The notes beneath the pieces are model-generated. The model was given only the letters and a program-made list of their open reading frames with translations. It had not been told where the DNA came from and made no database searches. The position numbers and the translations under genes were made by a program. From an uncultured Planctomycetaceae bacterium (GTDB lineage Bacteria > Planctomycetota > Planctomycetia > Pirellulales > Thermoguttaceae), in assembly GCA_964563135.1 (NCBI GenBank), contig CAZLWV010000002.1, positions 15,469 to 79,468 of the forward strand: a DNA stretch of 64,000 bases, read 5' to 3'. Of this stretch, positions 8,844-18,233 are shown piece by piece. Positions within the stretch are counted from its first letter, which is position 1. Each line of letters opens with the position of its first letter.

Positions 8844-9817
8844 GCGAAGGCAAGGCAAAAGGCAAGCTGGCGGTCTACTGGGCTGCTTCGTGCGGCGGCT
8901 GCGATATCTCCACGCTCGGGATCGATACCAAGATCCTGGATGTTGCCGAGCACTTCGACATCGTCATGTGGCCCTGTGCCGCCGACGGCAAGGTGCACGA
9001 TATCGAGAAGATGGCCGACGGCGAGATCGACGTCTGCCTGTTCAACGGTGGTATCCGCACCAGCGAGCAGGAGTACATGGCTCGGCTCCTGCGGCAGAAG
9101 GCGAAGGTCCTGGTGGCGTTTGGTTCGTGTGCTTCCGAGGGTTGCATTCCCGGACTGGGCAACATGAACGACAAGGCGAGCTGCTTCCAGACCGTGTATC
9201 ACGACAGCCCTTCGCTCGATAATCCGAAAGGGATCGAGCCCCAGCCGGAGACCGAGATGCCGGAGGGCAAGCTCCATTTGCCGGTCTACTACGACACCTT
9301 GAAGACGCTCAATCAGACCGTGCCGGTCGACTACTTCCTTCCGGGCTGCCCGCCGGAATCCGACCGGATCTGGGACGCGATCGTGGCGATCCTGGAAAGC
9401 AAGCTTCCGGCGCCGGGTTCCACGATCGGGTCGAACACGACCGTTTGCGACGAGTGCCCCCGCAAGCGGGAGGAGAAGAAGATCAAGAAATTCTACCGGA
9501 CTTGGGAAATCGAGGTGGATCCGGACCGCTGCCTGCTGGAGCAAGGCCTTCTGTGCGCCGGGATCGCCACACGAGCAGGCTGCGGCGCCCTATGCCCGCA
9601 GGTCAATTCGCCCTGCATCGGTTGCTACGGTCCCAACAACGGTGTCGAGGACCACGGGATGCAGTTACTGAGTGCGGTGGCCTCCGTGATTGACTCGGAG
9701 AATCCCGACGAGATCAATGCGATCATCAAGGAGGGCATTCCCGATCCGGTCGGCAGCTTCTATCGGTTCAGCCTGGCCCAGAGCAATCTGCGGCGCAAGA
9801 ACAAGGCAGGAGTATAA
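8840..9817 (+). CDS. mvhG: [NiFe] hydrogenase small subunit, Mvh/F420-non-reducing type
   Basis: N-terminal AASCGGCDIS proximal-cluster motif with no Tat signal. C-terminal Cys clusters (CDECP; CLLEQGLLCAGIATRAGCGALCP...CIGCYGP). Translationally coupled to mvhD and 3 nt from mvhA. Confidence 0.85.
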   Translation: MSEGKAKGKLAVYWAASCGGCDISTLGIDTKILDVAEHFDIVMWPCAADGKVHDIEKMADGEIDVCLFNGGIRTSEQEYMARLLRQKAKVLVAFGSCASEGCIPGLGNMNDKASCFQTVYHDSPSLDNPKGIEPQPETEMPEGKLHLPVYYDTLKTLNQTVPVDYFLPGCPPESDRIWDAIVAILESKLPAPGSTIGSNTTVCDECPRKREEKKIKKFYRTWEIEVDPDRCLLEQGLLCAGIATRAGCGALCPQVNSPCIGCYGPNNGVEDHGMQLLSAVASVIDSENPDEINAIIKEGIPDPVGSFYRFSLAQSNLRRKNKAGV

Positions 9818-9820
9818 ACG

Positions 9821-11287
9821 ATGAAACGAATCTCGATCGATCCCATTACCAGGCTGGAAGGCCACGGCAAGATCGACATCTTCCTCAACGAGGAAGGCGA
9901 CGTGGCCAATTGTTATTTGCAGATTCCGGAATTGCGAGGCTTCGAAAAGTTCTGCGTGGGACGTGCGGCGGAGGATATGCCGAACCTGACGAACCGGATT
10001 TGCGGCGTGTGCCCCGAGGCGCACCATATGGCGGCCACCAAGGCGCTGGACAAGGTTTGGGGCGTCGATCCGCCCCCGGCCGCCAAGAAACTCCGGGAGA
10101 TGTTCTACAACATCTTCTTCGCCACCGACCACACGACGCACTTCTACGCCCTGGGCGGTCCCGACTTTGTGGTTGGTCCCGATGCACCGCCGGCGGAGCG
10201 GAATGTGCTGGGCGTGATCAAGAAGGTGGGCATGGACGTGGGGGGCAAGGTGCTGAAGATGCGCCGCGACGGCCACGCCCTGATCAAGATGCTCGGCGGG
10301 CGGCCGGTCCACCCCAACTGGGGCCTGCCCGGCGGCGTCAGCCGCGGCATCAACGAGGAGCAACGCAAGGAGATCGAGGCCCGCGGGCGGGAAGCGATCG
10401 AGTTTGCCAAGTTCTCCCTGCAGGTCTTCGACGACATCGTGTTGAAGAACAGCGCCTACGTCGACCTCATTACCGGCGGCGTCTACACCCACCAGACGTA
10501 CAACATGGGTACGGTCGACGAGAACAACAAGGTCAACTTCTATGACGGCAAGATCCGCGTGGTCGGGCCGGATGGAAAGGAGCTGGTCAAGTACGACGCG
10601 AAGGACTACCAGAAGCACATTGCCGAACGCGTAGAGCCCTGGTCGTACCTCAAGTTCCCCTATCTCAAGGCCGTCGGCTGGAAGGGTTTTGTGGACGGGA
10701 AGGATTCCGGGGTCTACAAGGCAACGCCACTGTCGCGTTTGAACGCGGCCGACGGCATGGCGACCCCGCTGGCCCAGGAGCAGTACGAGAAGATGTACTC
10801 GACCCTGGGGGGTAAGCCGGTACATCACACGCTGGCGACCCACTGGGCCAGGCTGGTCGAGCTGCTCTACGCGACCGAGCGCTGGGTGCAGTTGGCCACC
10901 GACCCGGAAATCACCAGCGACAAGTTCCGCACCTTGCCGACGGAAACGCCCCGCGAGGGAGTCGGCTGCGTCGAGGCCCCGCGGGGGACCCTGACCCATC
11001 ACTATGTGACCGACGAACGCGGCATCCTCACGAACGTGAACCTGATCGTGGGCACGACGAACAACAATGCCCCGATCTGCATGTCGGTGAAGAAGGCGGC
11101 CGAGGGTCTGATCAAGAAGGGCAAGGTTTCCGAGGGGCTGCTGAACATGGTCGAGATGGCGTTCCGGGCCTACGATCCGTGCTTTGGCTGCGCCACCCAC
11201 AGCCTGCCCGGCCAGATGCCGCTGGAAATACGTCTCCGCAATCCCGAGGGAGAGGTGATCGAGAAGCTCTCCCAGTATGTGGACTGA
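9821..11287 (+). CDS. mvhA: [NiFe] hydrogenase large subunit, Mvh/F420-non-reducing type
   Basis: PITRLEGHG, N-terminal Ni-binding RICGVCPEAH, and C-terminal DPCFGCATHS followed by a 27-aa tail of the kind removed by a maturation endopeptidase. Confidence 0.9.
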   Translation: MKRISIDPITRLEGHGKIDIFLNEEGDVANCYLQIPELRGFEKFCVGRAAEDMPNLTNRICGVCPEAHHMAATKALDKVWGVDPPPAAKKLREMFYNIFFATDHTTHFYALGGPDFVVGPDAPPAERNVLGVIKKVGMDVGGKVLKMRRDGHALIKMLGGRPVHPNWGLPGGVSRGINEEQRKEIEARGREAIEFAKFSLQVFDDIVLKNSAYVDLITGGVYTHQTYNMGTVDENNKVNFYDGKIRVVGPDGKELVKYDAKDYQKHIAERVEPWSYLKFPYLKAVGWKGFVDGKDSGVYKATPLSRLNAADGMATPLAQEQYEKMYSTLGGKPVHHTLATHWARLVELLYATERWVQLATDPEITSDKFRTLPTETPREGVGCVEAPRGTLTHHYVTDERGILTNVNLIVGTTNNNAPICMSVKKAAEGLIKKGKVSEGLLNMVEMAFRAYDPCFGCATHSLPGQMPLEIRLRNPEGEVIEKLSQYVD

Positions 11288-11308
11288 CGGGCAAGCTCAC
11301 GTAGAATT

Positions 11309-11349
11309 GGCCGGGCGATCGGCTGAGAATGGTCGCCCGGCCTTTTTTG
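11309..11349 (+). terminator. Rho-independent terminator after mvhA
   Basis: 10-bp perfect stem GGCCGGGCGA (11309-11318) / TCGCCCGGCC (11333-11342), followed by TTTTTTG. It begins 22 nt after the mvhA stop. Confidence 0.75.
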
Positions 11350-11613
11350 TCGAGTAACCCCGTCGGGGAGAGCCGGGACGGAACGCCTGGTTCCGAGCCA
11401 GCGCCCGAACGTGGAAGCGTGGTCGACGAGAGGGCGGCGCGGGCCCGGCGAATCGCTTCCGCTTGGGAGCGGCGCGGGTCCCGCGAGCGCTTCAGGCCGG
11501 TCTGATCCTCGGGTTGTGTTTCGGGCTGTCATACCCCCGGCGACGGGCGTCATGGGCTCGTCGGCCGCTTTGCACAACTGTCCTGAACCCTGAATTTCGA
11601 CCCTGACAACTGA

Positions 11614-12156
11614 ATGAAGACTCTCATTCTCGGCCTCGGAAACTGGATCGTCGCCGACGACAGCGTGGGTCTGCACGTGGCGGCGCGGCTGCGGGAACTC
11701 CTGGCGGATCGCGACGACGTGGATGTGGGTGAAGACTACTGGGGCGGGCTGCGACTGATGGAACGGCTCGAGGGTTACGATCGGGCGATCGTGATCGATG
11801 CGATCGTCACCGGGGCGGAGCCGGGTACGATCCACCTTCTCACTCCGGACGCGATTCCGACCCAGCGGAGCAGTTCGGCTCACGACGTGAACCTGCCGAC
11901 GGCCCTGGCCTTCGGCCGCCAGGCGGGTGTGAGCCTGCCGGCGGACAAGGACATCCAGCTTGTCGGCATCGAGGCGCAGGATATATTGACGTTTACGGAG
12001 GAGTGCACCCCCGCCGTGGCGGCATCGATCCCCAAGGCCGTCGAGGAGGTGCTCAAGTTGTTGACAACCGGGAAGGCAGGGGACCAAAGGGAAACGTTGC
12101 CCGCTCCGGTCCCAAGGGCATCGGGTCACAAAGGAGACGGACATGATATCGCCTGA
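11614..12156 (+). CDS. Hydrogenase maturation endopeptidase (HycI/HoxM/FrhD family)
   Basis: MKTLILGLGNWIVADDSVGLHVA N-terminus, conserved internal D (VIDAI) and late H (SSSAHDV). About 180 aa. Confidence 0.8.
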   Translation: MKTLILGLGNWIVADDSVGLHVAARLRELLADRDDVDVGEDYWGGLRLMERLEGYDRAIVIDAIVTGAEPGTIHLLTPDAIPTQRSSSAHDVNLPTALAFGRQAGVSLPADKDIQLVGIEAQDILTFTEECTPAVAASIPKAVEEVLKLLTTGKAGDQRETLPAPVPRASGHKGDGHDIA

Positions 12157-12589
12157 ATCGCTGCGTCGGTACCATTACTTCGCCAACATCGGTGAGGCAA
12201 GCCTGAAGGCTTTGGCGATGATCGCCGAAGAGAAGGACGTTCCGGCGGGAACGGAGATGTTTCGCGAGGGGGACCCGGCCAACACGCTGCACGTCATCAC
12301 GCAAGGAGAGGTCGAGATCCGCTACGTGCTGGGCACAGGAGAAGAGCGGACGGTCGACACGCTCGTGGGTGGAGAGCTTCTTTGCTGGTCGGCCCTGATC
12401 GAGCCCTACAAGGCCACGGCCATCGGTACAACCGTGAAGGATACCCACTTGATCTGCCTCGACGCCAAGAAGGTTCGCGAACTGTGCGAGGCGGAACCGC
12501 TGCTCGGTTTCCAGCTCACCAAGGCGATTGCCAAGCTGCTGGCCCAGCGGCTGGAGAGCGCCCGGGTCCAGTTGGCGGCGGTGGACTGA
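12143..12589 (+). CDS. Stand-alone cyclic-nucleotide-binding (CAP effector-type) domain protein, no DNA-binding domain
   Basis: ATG preceded by AAGGAG. Its start overlaps the protease gene by 14 nt. cNMP-fold signature FREGDPANTLHVITQGEVEI ... GGELLCWSALI ... C-helix. Only 148 aa, with no HTH. Confidence 0.75.
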   Translation: MISPESLRRYHYFANIGEASLKALAMIAEEKDVPAGTEMFREGDPANTLHVITQGEVEIRYVLGTGEERTVDTLVGGELLCWSALIEPYKATAIGTTVKDTHLICLDAKKVRELCEAEPLLGFQLTKAIAKLLAQRLESARVQLAAVD

Positions 12590-12604
12590 GCCGGCGGCTG
12601 CCCG

Positions 12605-13003
12605 ATGCACGAAGTATCGATCGTTGAAGCTCTGATCGAGCAAGTGGAAGTGGAAGTCTCGCGAGCCGGGGCATCAGGCCGGGTGACCCGGCTCGGCTTG
12701 TCGATCGGGCGTCTTTCGGGGGTCCAGGCCGACTCGATCCGGTTTGCCTTCGACCTGCTCTCCCCCGGCACGCTGCTGGAAGGGGCGAGGCTGGAAATCG
12801 AGGAGCCCCGCGCTATCTGCCTCTGCGCGGCGTGCGGCGCGAGCACAGAACTCGAGGAGCTTTGGCTTCATTGTCCGGTCTGCGGCAGCCCGGATATCCG
12901 GGTTCAAGGCGGTCAGGAGATGCTCCTGGAGACGATCGACATCGACGAGGAGACAGCCGACCCTTGTCGCGGTGCGGGAAATCCGCAAGAATCAGGGGGT
13001 TAG
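12605..13003 (+). CDS. hypA: Hydrogenase nickel incorporation protein HypA
   Basis: MHE N-terminal Ni motif. Zn site CAACG...17 aa...CPVCGS. Typical length. Confidence 0.9.
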   Translation: MHEVSIVEALIEQVEVEVSRAGASGRVTRLGLSIGRLSGVQADSIRFAFDLLSPGTLLEGARLEIEEPRAICLCAACGASTELEELWLHCPVCGSPDIRVQGGQEMLLETIDIDEETADPCRGAGNPQESGG

Positions 13004-13033
13004 GGAGTTTCTCGACCTCACGAGCAGGCCAGC

Positions 13034-13687
13034 ATGATGAAAATTGTTGCCGCGAAGAAGATCCTCAAAGCCAACGATCAATTGGCGGAGGAGAATCGTC
13101 GCCGTCTGAACGCGGCGGGGGTGTTCGGCGTCAATATCGTCGGATCACCGGGCTGCGGGAAGACCACCTTTCTGGAGAACCTGTTCTCCCAGTTGGGCAA
13201 GGGCATAGCCCCGGCGGTGATCGAGGGGGATATTGCCAGTTCGATCGACGCCGAGCGGATCGACGCCCTGGGGGTGCCGGTGGTGCAGATCAACACGGAC
13301 GGGGCCTGCCACCTGGATGCGATGATGGTGCAGGCGGCCGCAGACAATTTTGACCTGCAGGCGGTCGACGTGCTGATGATCGAGAATGTGGGCAACCTTG
13401 TCTGTACGGCCGGATTCGACCTGGGGGAGCACCTGCGGATCGTGCTCCTGAGCGTTCCCGAGGGAGATGACAAGATTGCCAAGTATCCGGCCATCTTCCG
13501 GGGTTCTCACGCCCTGGCGATCACCAAGATCGAGCTGTTGCCCCACTGCGATTTTGAAGGGGCCCGGGTGCGTTCGGACATGAAAGCCCTCGCACCCGAG
13601 GCCGGCGTGTTCGAGATCTCCGCCAGGACGGGAACCGGGATGCCCGAGATTGCCGCCTGGCTGAAAGAGCGGATGCAGGGGCGGTGA
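13034..13687 (+). CDS. hypB: Hydrogenase nickel-incorporation GTPase HypB
   Basis: P-loop GSPGCGKTT, ENVGNLVC and ITKIEL (NKxD-like) motifs. No His-rich or CxxCGC N-terminal extension. Confidence 0.9.
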   Translation: MMKIVAAKKILKANDQLAEENRRRLNAAGVFGVNIVGSPGCGKTTFLENLFSQLGKGIAPAVIEGDIASSIDAERIDALGVPVVQINTDGACHLDAMMVQAAADNFDLQAVDVLMIENVGNLVCTAGFDLGEHLRIVLLSVPEGDDKIAKYPAIFRGSHALAITKIELLPHCDFEGARVRSDMKALAPEAGVFEISARTGTGMPEIAAWLKERMQGR

Positions 13688-14304
13688 TACTCGTCATCGA
13701 CAATTACGACAGCTTTGTCCATAACCTTGCCCGTTACTTCCAGCGGCTGGGGGCGGAACCGCTGGTGGTTCGAAATACGGAGATCGACGTCGATGCGATC
13801 GGCTGCCTGGCACCGGAGGCGATCGTGCTGTCCCCCGGTCCATGCACGCCCCGCGAGGCGGGCTGTTCGCTCGAGGTGGTTCGATCGCTCGGCGGACACA
13901 TTCCGATGCTCGGCGTGTGCCTGGGGCACCAGGTGATTGCCGAGGCCTTTGGCGGTCGAATCGTGCGGGCCCGGGAGGCGGTGCATGGTCGCAGCGCGTC
14001 GGTCTACCACGATGGGCGGGGTGTTTTTGCCGGGCTGCCGAGTCCCTTGATCGGTTGCCGGTATCACTCGCTCTCTGTCGACCCGGGAACGCTTCCGGAC
14101 TGTCTGGAGGTGTCTGCCGGTGCCGAGGACGGCACGATCATGGCGATCCGGCACAAGACACTACCGATCGTGGGATTGCAGTTCCATCCGGAATCGATCC
14201 TGACGGAATACGGCTACGACCTGCTGGCGGCATTTCTTCACCAGTCGGGGCTGCCCGTGCGGACTCCGATTCCGGACCGGCGTTCGGAATGGGCTGTCGG
14301 CTGA
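13684..14304 (+). CDS. Class-I glutamine amidotransferase, anthranilate / aminodeoxychorismate synthase component II (TrpG/PabA)
   Basis: MILVIDNYDSFVHNL, catalytic GVCLGHQ, and C-terminal GLQFHPESILT. The GTG start overlaps the hypB stop (GTGA). Confidence 0.85.
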   Translation: MILVIDNYDSFVHNLARYFQRLGAEPLVVRNTEIDVDAIGCLAPEAIVLSPGPCTPREAGCSLEVVRSLGGHIPMLGVCLGHQVIAEAFGGRIVRAREAVHGRSASVYHDGRGVFAGLPSPLIGCRYHSLSVDPGTLPDCLEVSAGAEDGTIMAIRHKTLPIVGLQFHPESILTEYGYDLLAAFLHQSGLPVRTPIPDRRSEWAVG

Positions 14305-14399
14305 GGGCCTCTTTCCAGAACCGCCCAAGCAGCCTCGCGCTCAGCGGCATTGCCGGCCGGGGCAGGATTCGGCGGACCGGCTCAGCGGGCCATTGCCGT

Positions 14400-15332
14400 T
14401 CACGTTATCCAGTCGAGGGCCACATCGAGCACTACGGCCGAGTGGGTAAGCGCACCGACACTGATCCGATCCACGCCGCTTTCGGCGATGGCCCGGATCG
14501 TGTCGAGGTTGACGCCGCCGGACGCCTCCAGTTCGACCGACCGGTTGATGCGGTCGCGCCGCTGGACGGCCTGGCGGAGCAATTCCGGTCCCATGTTGTC
14601 CAGCAGCACGATGTCAGGTCCCGCCGGCAAGACCTCGTCGAGCTGCTCAAGGGTGTCGACCTCGATTTCCACGATCGAGGAACCGGCATCGGCGGAGGTC
14701 CGCTTGCTGGAGAAATAGCGGCGGGCTTGCTCGACCGCTTCGGCGGGAGTGAAGCGAGGGCGGCCGCTATCGGCCTGGGCCCCGAGGGCGAGATGGTTGT
14801 CCTTGATCAGGATGGCCTCAAACAGCCCGAGCCTGTGGTTGAAACCTCCACCGCAGCGAACGGCATACTTTTCCAGACGCCGCAGTCCGGGAGTGGTTTT
14901 CCGGGTGTCGTAGATCCGCGCCCCCGTGCCGGCCACCGCGTCGACATACCGGCCCGTCAGGGTGGCCACGCCAGACAGGCGGCCGAGGAGGTTGAGGGCC
15001 GACCGTTCCGCGGTGAGAAGCCGTTGGGCGGGGCCGTGGACCTCCGCGAGGGCCTGGCCCACTTTGACTTGGGCCCCGTCTTCAGAGCATGCCTTCCATC
15101 TGATGGCTGGGTCGAACCGAGCGAATACGAGTTCGGCCGCCTTGAGGCCGGCAATCACACCCGGTTGGCGGGCTACAACCGCGGCCCGTCCGGGAGCGTT
15201 GTCGGGAACGAGTGCCAGGGATGTGCAATCGCCTTCGTCGCCGAGATCCTCCTGGAGCATCCGCCCGACGAGGTCGCGCAGTTCGTTCTCGGCGGTCCGA
15301 TCCCACTGGATCTGGTGAAACTCTTTGGCCAC
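14400..15332 (-). CDS. nadC: Nicotinate-nucleotide diphosphorylase (quinolinate phosphoribosyltransferase)
   Basis: LQEDLGDEGDCTS, AERSALNLLGRLSGVAT, TRKTTPGLR and IKDNH motifs. Track ORF 14400-15509. The GTG at 15332 gives a family-typical 310 aa. The exact start is uncertain. Confidence 0.85.
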   Translation of the reverse strand: MAKEFHQIQWDRTAENELRDLVGRMLQEDLGDEGDCTSLALVPDNAPGRAAVVARQPGVIAGLKAAELVFARFDPAIRWKACSEDGAQVKVGQALAEVHGPAQRLLTAERSALNLLGRLSGVATLTGRYVDAVAGTGARIYDTRKTTPGLRRLEKYAVRCGGGFNHRLGLFEAILIKDNHLALGAQADSGRPRFTPAEAVEQARRYFSSKRTSADAGSSIVEIEVDTLEQLDEVLPAGPDIVLLDNMGPELLRQAVQRRDRINRSVELEASGGVNLDTIRAIAESGVDRISVGALTHSAVVLDVALDWIT

Positions 15333-15409
15333 AGACGCGGTCTCCGGCTGGGTAGATGTCGTCAAACCGACTATGCTGAAGCATAACCGAAACGGGTGGG
15401 GATCGGAAA

Positions 15410-15826
15410 GTGAGGTGGCATGTGTCCAGTACAAACGAGAACGATGGCGAGGGGCTGCGTCCTTTTCTTCTGCGCCGCCGAGACCAGTGCTGTCTTGCGG
15501 GGATGTCACTGGTTGGGGCGCTGGCCCTTGGCGTCTGGTGGTGGCAGAGCGGCGGCCTGGCCGGTCGACTCATCGAGTGGGATCGGTTGCCCCGGCGTAC
15601 GAGCCGTTTTGAGGTGAATATCAACACGGCGGCCTGGCCGGAACTGATGGAGCTCCCGGAAATCGGGGAATCGCTTGCGCGCCGAATTGTCGACGATCGC
15701 CAGGCCAAGGGACCATTCCAATCGCCCGAGGATCTGCTGCGGGTACGGGGGATCGGGGAGAAGACGCTGGAACTCATGCGGCCTTACCTGAGCGCCGAGT
15801 CGTGGTCCACCGAGCCGCAGAGGTGA
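15410..15826 (+). CDS. ComEA-like helix-hairpin-helix DNA-binding protein
   Basis: TM segment LVGALALGVWWW, then VNINTAAWPELMELPEIGESLARRIV...PFQSPEDLLRVRGIGEKTL (tandem HhH). The start is the GTG at 15410 or the ATG at 15503. Confidence 0.75.
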   Translation: MRWHVSSTNENDGEGLRPFLLRRRDQCCLAGMSLVGALALGVWWWQSGGLAGRLIEWDRLPRRTSRFEVNINTAAWPELMELPEIGESLARRIVDDRQAKGPFQSPEDLLRVRGIGEKTLELMRPYLSAESWSTEPQR

Positions 15827-16022
15827 TGCTGGCGGCAGGAACTGCACGTCGGAGGGGATCGTAAGCCCCCTTTGCCGGACAGGGCTGGGTGGGCATACAA
15901 TGATTGGCTTGGCCGCCCTCGTCCGTCAGCATGCGTGTGGAAGCTGGATGCCTCGATGGGGTGGGGATGGTACCTGATCTTGACGCCGCAGTGCGCACGG
16001 GGCGCGAGGGAGAGAGTCGATC

Positions 16023-18089
16023 GTGTTTGAACTGGTGAGTCCTTTCGAGCCGGCCGGCGACCAGCCCCAGGCGATCGAAGCCCTGACCGAGGGGTTGCGG
16101 CAGAAGAAGAAGTTCCAGACGCTTGTGGGCGTCACCGGGTCGGGGAAGACCTTCACCATGGCCAATGTGATCCAGCGCCTGCAGCGTCCTGCGCTGGTTC
16201 TCTCCCACAACAAGACGCTCTCGGCCCAGCTTTATGCGGAGTTTCGCGAGTTCTTTCCGAACAATGCGGTCGCCTACTTCGTCAGCTACTACGACTATTA
16301 CCAGCCGGAAGCGTATATTCCCCAGCGCGACATCTACATCGAGAAGGACGCGTCGATCAACGAGGAGATCGATCGGCTGCGGCTGGCGGCCACAAGCGCG
16401 CTGATGAGCCGGCGCGACGTGATCATTGTGGCCAGTGTTTCCTGCATTTACGGCCTGGGGTCTCCCGACGACTACCGGGAGATGATGGTGTCGCTGCGGA
16501 CGGGGCAGGAAGCGGAGCGGGATCGGATGCTCGCCCGGTTGGTCGACATCCAGTACGAACGAAACGACGTGGCGTTCGAGCGGGGCAAGTTTCGGGTTCG
16601 CGGCGACTGCGTCGAAGTTTTTCCGTCGTACGAAGAGTTTGCCGTGCGCATCGAATTCTGGGGGGACGAGGTGGAGCAACTCTCCCGCATCAACCCGACC
16701 AGCGGTGAGGTGCTCAGCCGCCAGGAGGAGCTCTACATCTATCCGGCCAAGCATTTCGTACTCCCCGATGAACGCGTGAAGCGGGCCGTGGAAGAGATTC
16801 ACCAGGAATTGGCCGAGAGGCTCGACCAGCTTCGCAAGCAGGGAAAACTGCTGGAAGCACAGCGTTTGAGCGCCCGAACGCGTTTTGACCTGGAAATGCT
16901 GCAGGAGGTAGGTTACTGCCCGGGGATCGAGAATTATAGCCGTCCGCTGTCGGGGCGTCCGCCGGGGTCGCCGCCGGATACGCTGTTCAGTTTCTTCCCG
17001 GACGATTACCTGCTGTTCGTCGACGAGTCGCACGTGACGGTTCCGCAGGTGCGGGCGATGCATTCCGGGGATCAGAGCCGGAAGTCGACCCTGGTCGAGC
17101 ATGGATTCCGGCTGCCGAGCGCGCTGGACAATCGGCCGCTCAAGTTTGACGAGTGGGAGCAGCGGATCCATCAGGTGGTCTTCGTGTCGGCGACTCCGGG
17201 GCCCTACGAGCTGGACAGGTCGAAGGGAGCGATCGTGGAGCAGTTGATCCGGCCGACGGGCCTGCTGGATCCGCTTGTGGAGGTGGTTCCCGCCCGTGGG
17301 CAAGTGGCCCATCTTCTGGAGCAGATCCGTCAGCGGGCCGAGGCGGGGGAGCGCGTGCTGGTGACCACGCTGACCAAGCGCATGGCGGAGGACCTGGCCG
17401 ACTACTTCGGCAAGCAGGACGTTCGCTGCAAGTGGCTGCACAGCGAGCTCGACGCGTTTGAGCGGGTGGAGCTCCTGCGCGACCTGCGCGAGGGGCATTT
17501 CGACGTGCTCGTGGGGGTCAACCTGCTCCGCGAGGGGCTGGACCTGCCGGAGGTCTCGCTGGTGGCCATCCTGGATGCCGACAAGGAGGGATTCCTGCGG
17601 AGCGAGACGTCGCTGATGCAGACCATCGGGCGTTCGGCCCGCAACGTGAACGCCAAGGTGATTCTCTATGCCGACACGATGACCGACTCGATGCAGCGGG
17701 CCATCGAGGAGACCCGTCGGCGGCGTGCGATGCAGCAGGAGTACAATGAGCAACACGGAATCACCCCGGAGACGATCCGCAAGAGCATTCGAAGAGGGAT
17801 CGAAGCTGAGGCGGCGGCCCATGCCAGCTCCAACGCCGCCGTGGGACGGGACGACGAAGCCCGATTCATCACGGAAGAGTACCTGGACGAGCTGGAGCAG
17901 GAGATGCTTGCCGCGGCCGAGGCGCTGGAGTTTGAACGGGCCGCGGCGCTGAGAGACCGTATCCAGCAGATGCGCGGTCAGATCGGGAAACGCACGGACG
18001 AAGCCGAAATCGATCACGCAACCCGCTCACACCGCGGACGTCGTCGCAAGAGCGGCGGATCCCGTATTCCCAAGCCGGAGAAGCCTTGA
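16023..18089 (+). CDS. uvrB: Excinuclease ABC subunit B
   Basis: PAGDQPQAI, Walker [11 protein letters not shown], the [10 protein letters not shown] beta-hairpin region, DESH box and C-terminal UVR domain ([13 protein letters not shown]). Confidence 0.95.
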   Translation: MFELVSPFEPAGDQPQAIEALTEGLRQKKKFQTLVGVTGSGKTFTMANVIQRLQRPALVLSHNKTLSAQLYAEFREFFPNNAVAYFVSYYDYYQPEAYIPQRDIYIEKDASINEEIDRLRLAATSALMSRRDVIIVASVSCIYGLGSPDDYREMMVSLRTGQEAERDRMLARLVDIQYERNDVAFERGKFRVRGDCVEVFPSYEEFAVRIEFWGDEVEQLSRINPTSGEVLSRQEELYIYPAKHFVLPDERVKRAVEEIHQELAERLDQLRKQGKLLEAQRLSARTRFDLEMLQEVGYCPGIENYSRPLSGRPPGSPPDTLFSFFPDDYLLFVDESHVTVPQVRAMHSGDQSRKSTLVEHGFRLPSALDNRPLKFDEWEQRIHQVVFVSATPGPYELDRSKGAIVEQLIRPTGLLDPLVEVVPARGQVAHLLEQIRQRAEAGERVLVTTLTKRMAEDLADYFGKQDVRCKWLHSELDAFERVELLRDLREGHFDVLVGVNLLREGLDLPEVSLVAILDADKEGFLRSETSLMQTIGRSARNVNAKVILYADTMTDSMQRAIEETRRRRAMQQEYNEQHGITPETIRKSIRRGIEAEAAAHASSNAAVGRDDEARFITEEYLDELEQEMLAAAEALEFERAAALRDRIQQMRGQIGKRTDEAEIDHATRSHRGRRRKSGGSRIPKPEKP

Positions 18090-18233
18090 GAGCCGGTGGC
18101 TGGTGAGCGTCAGGGATGTGGGGGTTGACCTGGGCGGGCGACCTCTGCGTCCAAGAAACGCCCAACGGCGTGAATCGGACGAGCCAATCCGCGCCGTTGG
18201 AGAGCAAGCTTGATCGCGTGTGAGCGACGGGGG

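Noticed and set aside
18163-18201. 9-bp inverted repeat CCAACGGCG / CGCCGTTGG between the convergent uvrB and small lipoprotein genes, as a bidirectional terminator.
   Set aside because: The loop is ~21 nt and there is no T- or A-tract on either side, so I cannot support it as an intrinsic terminator.
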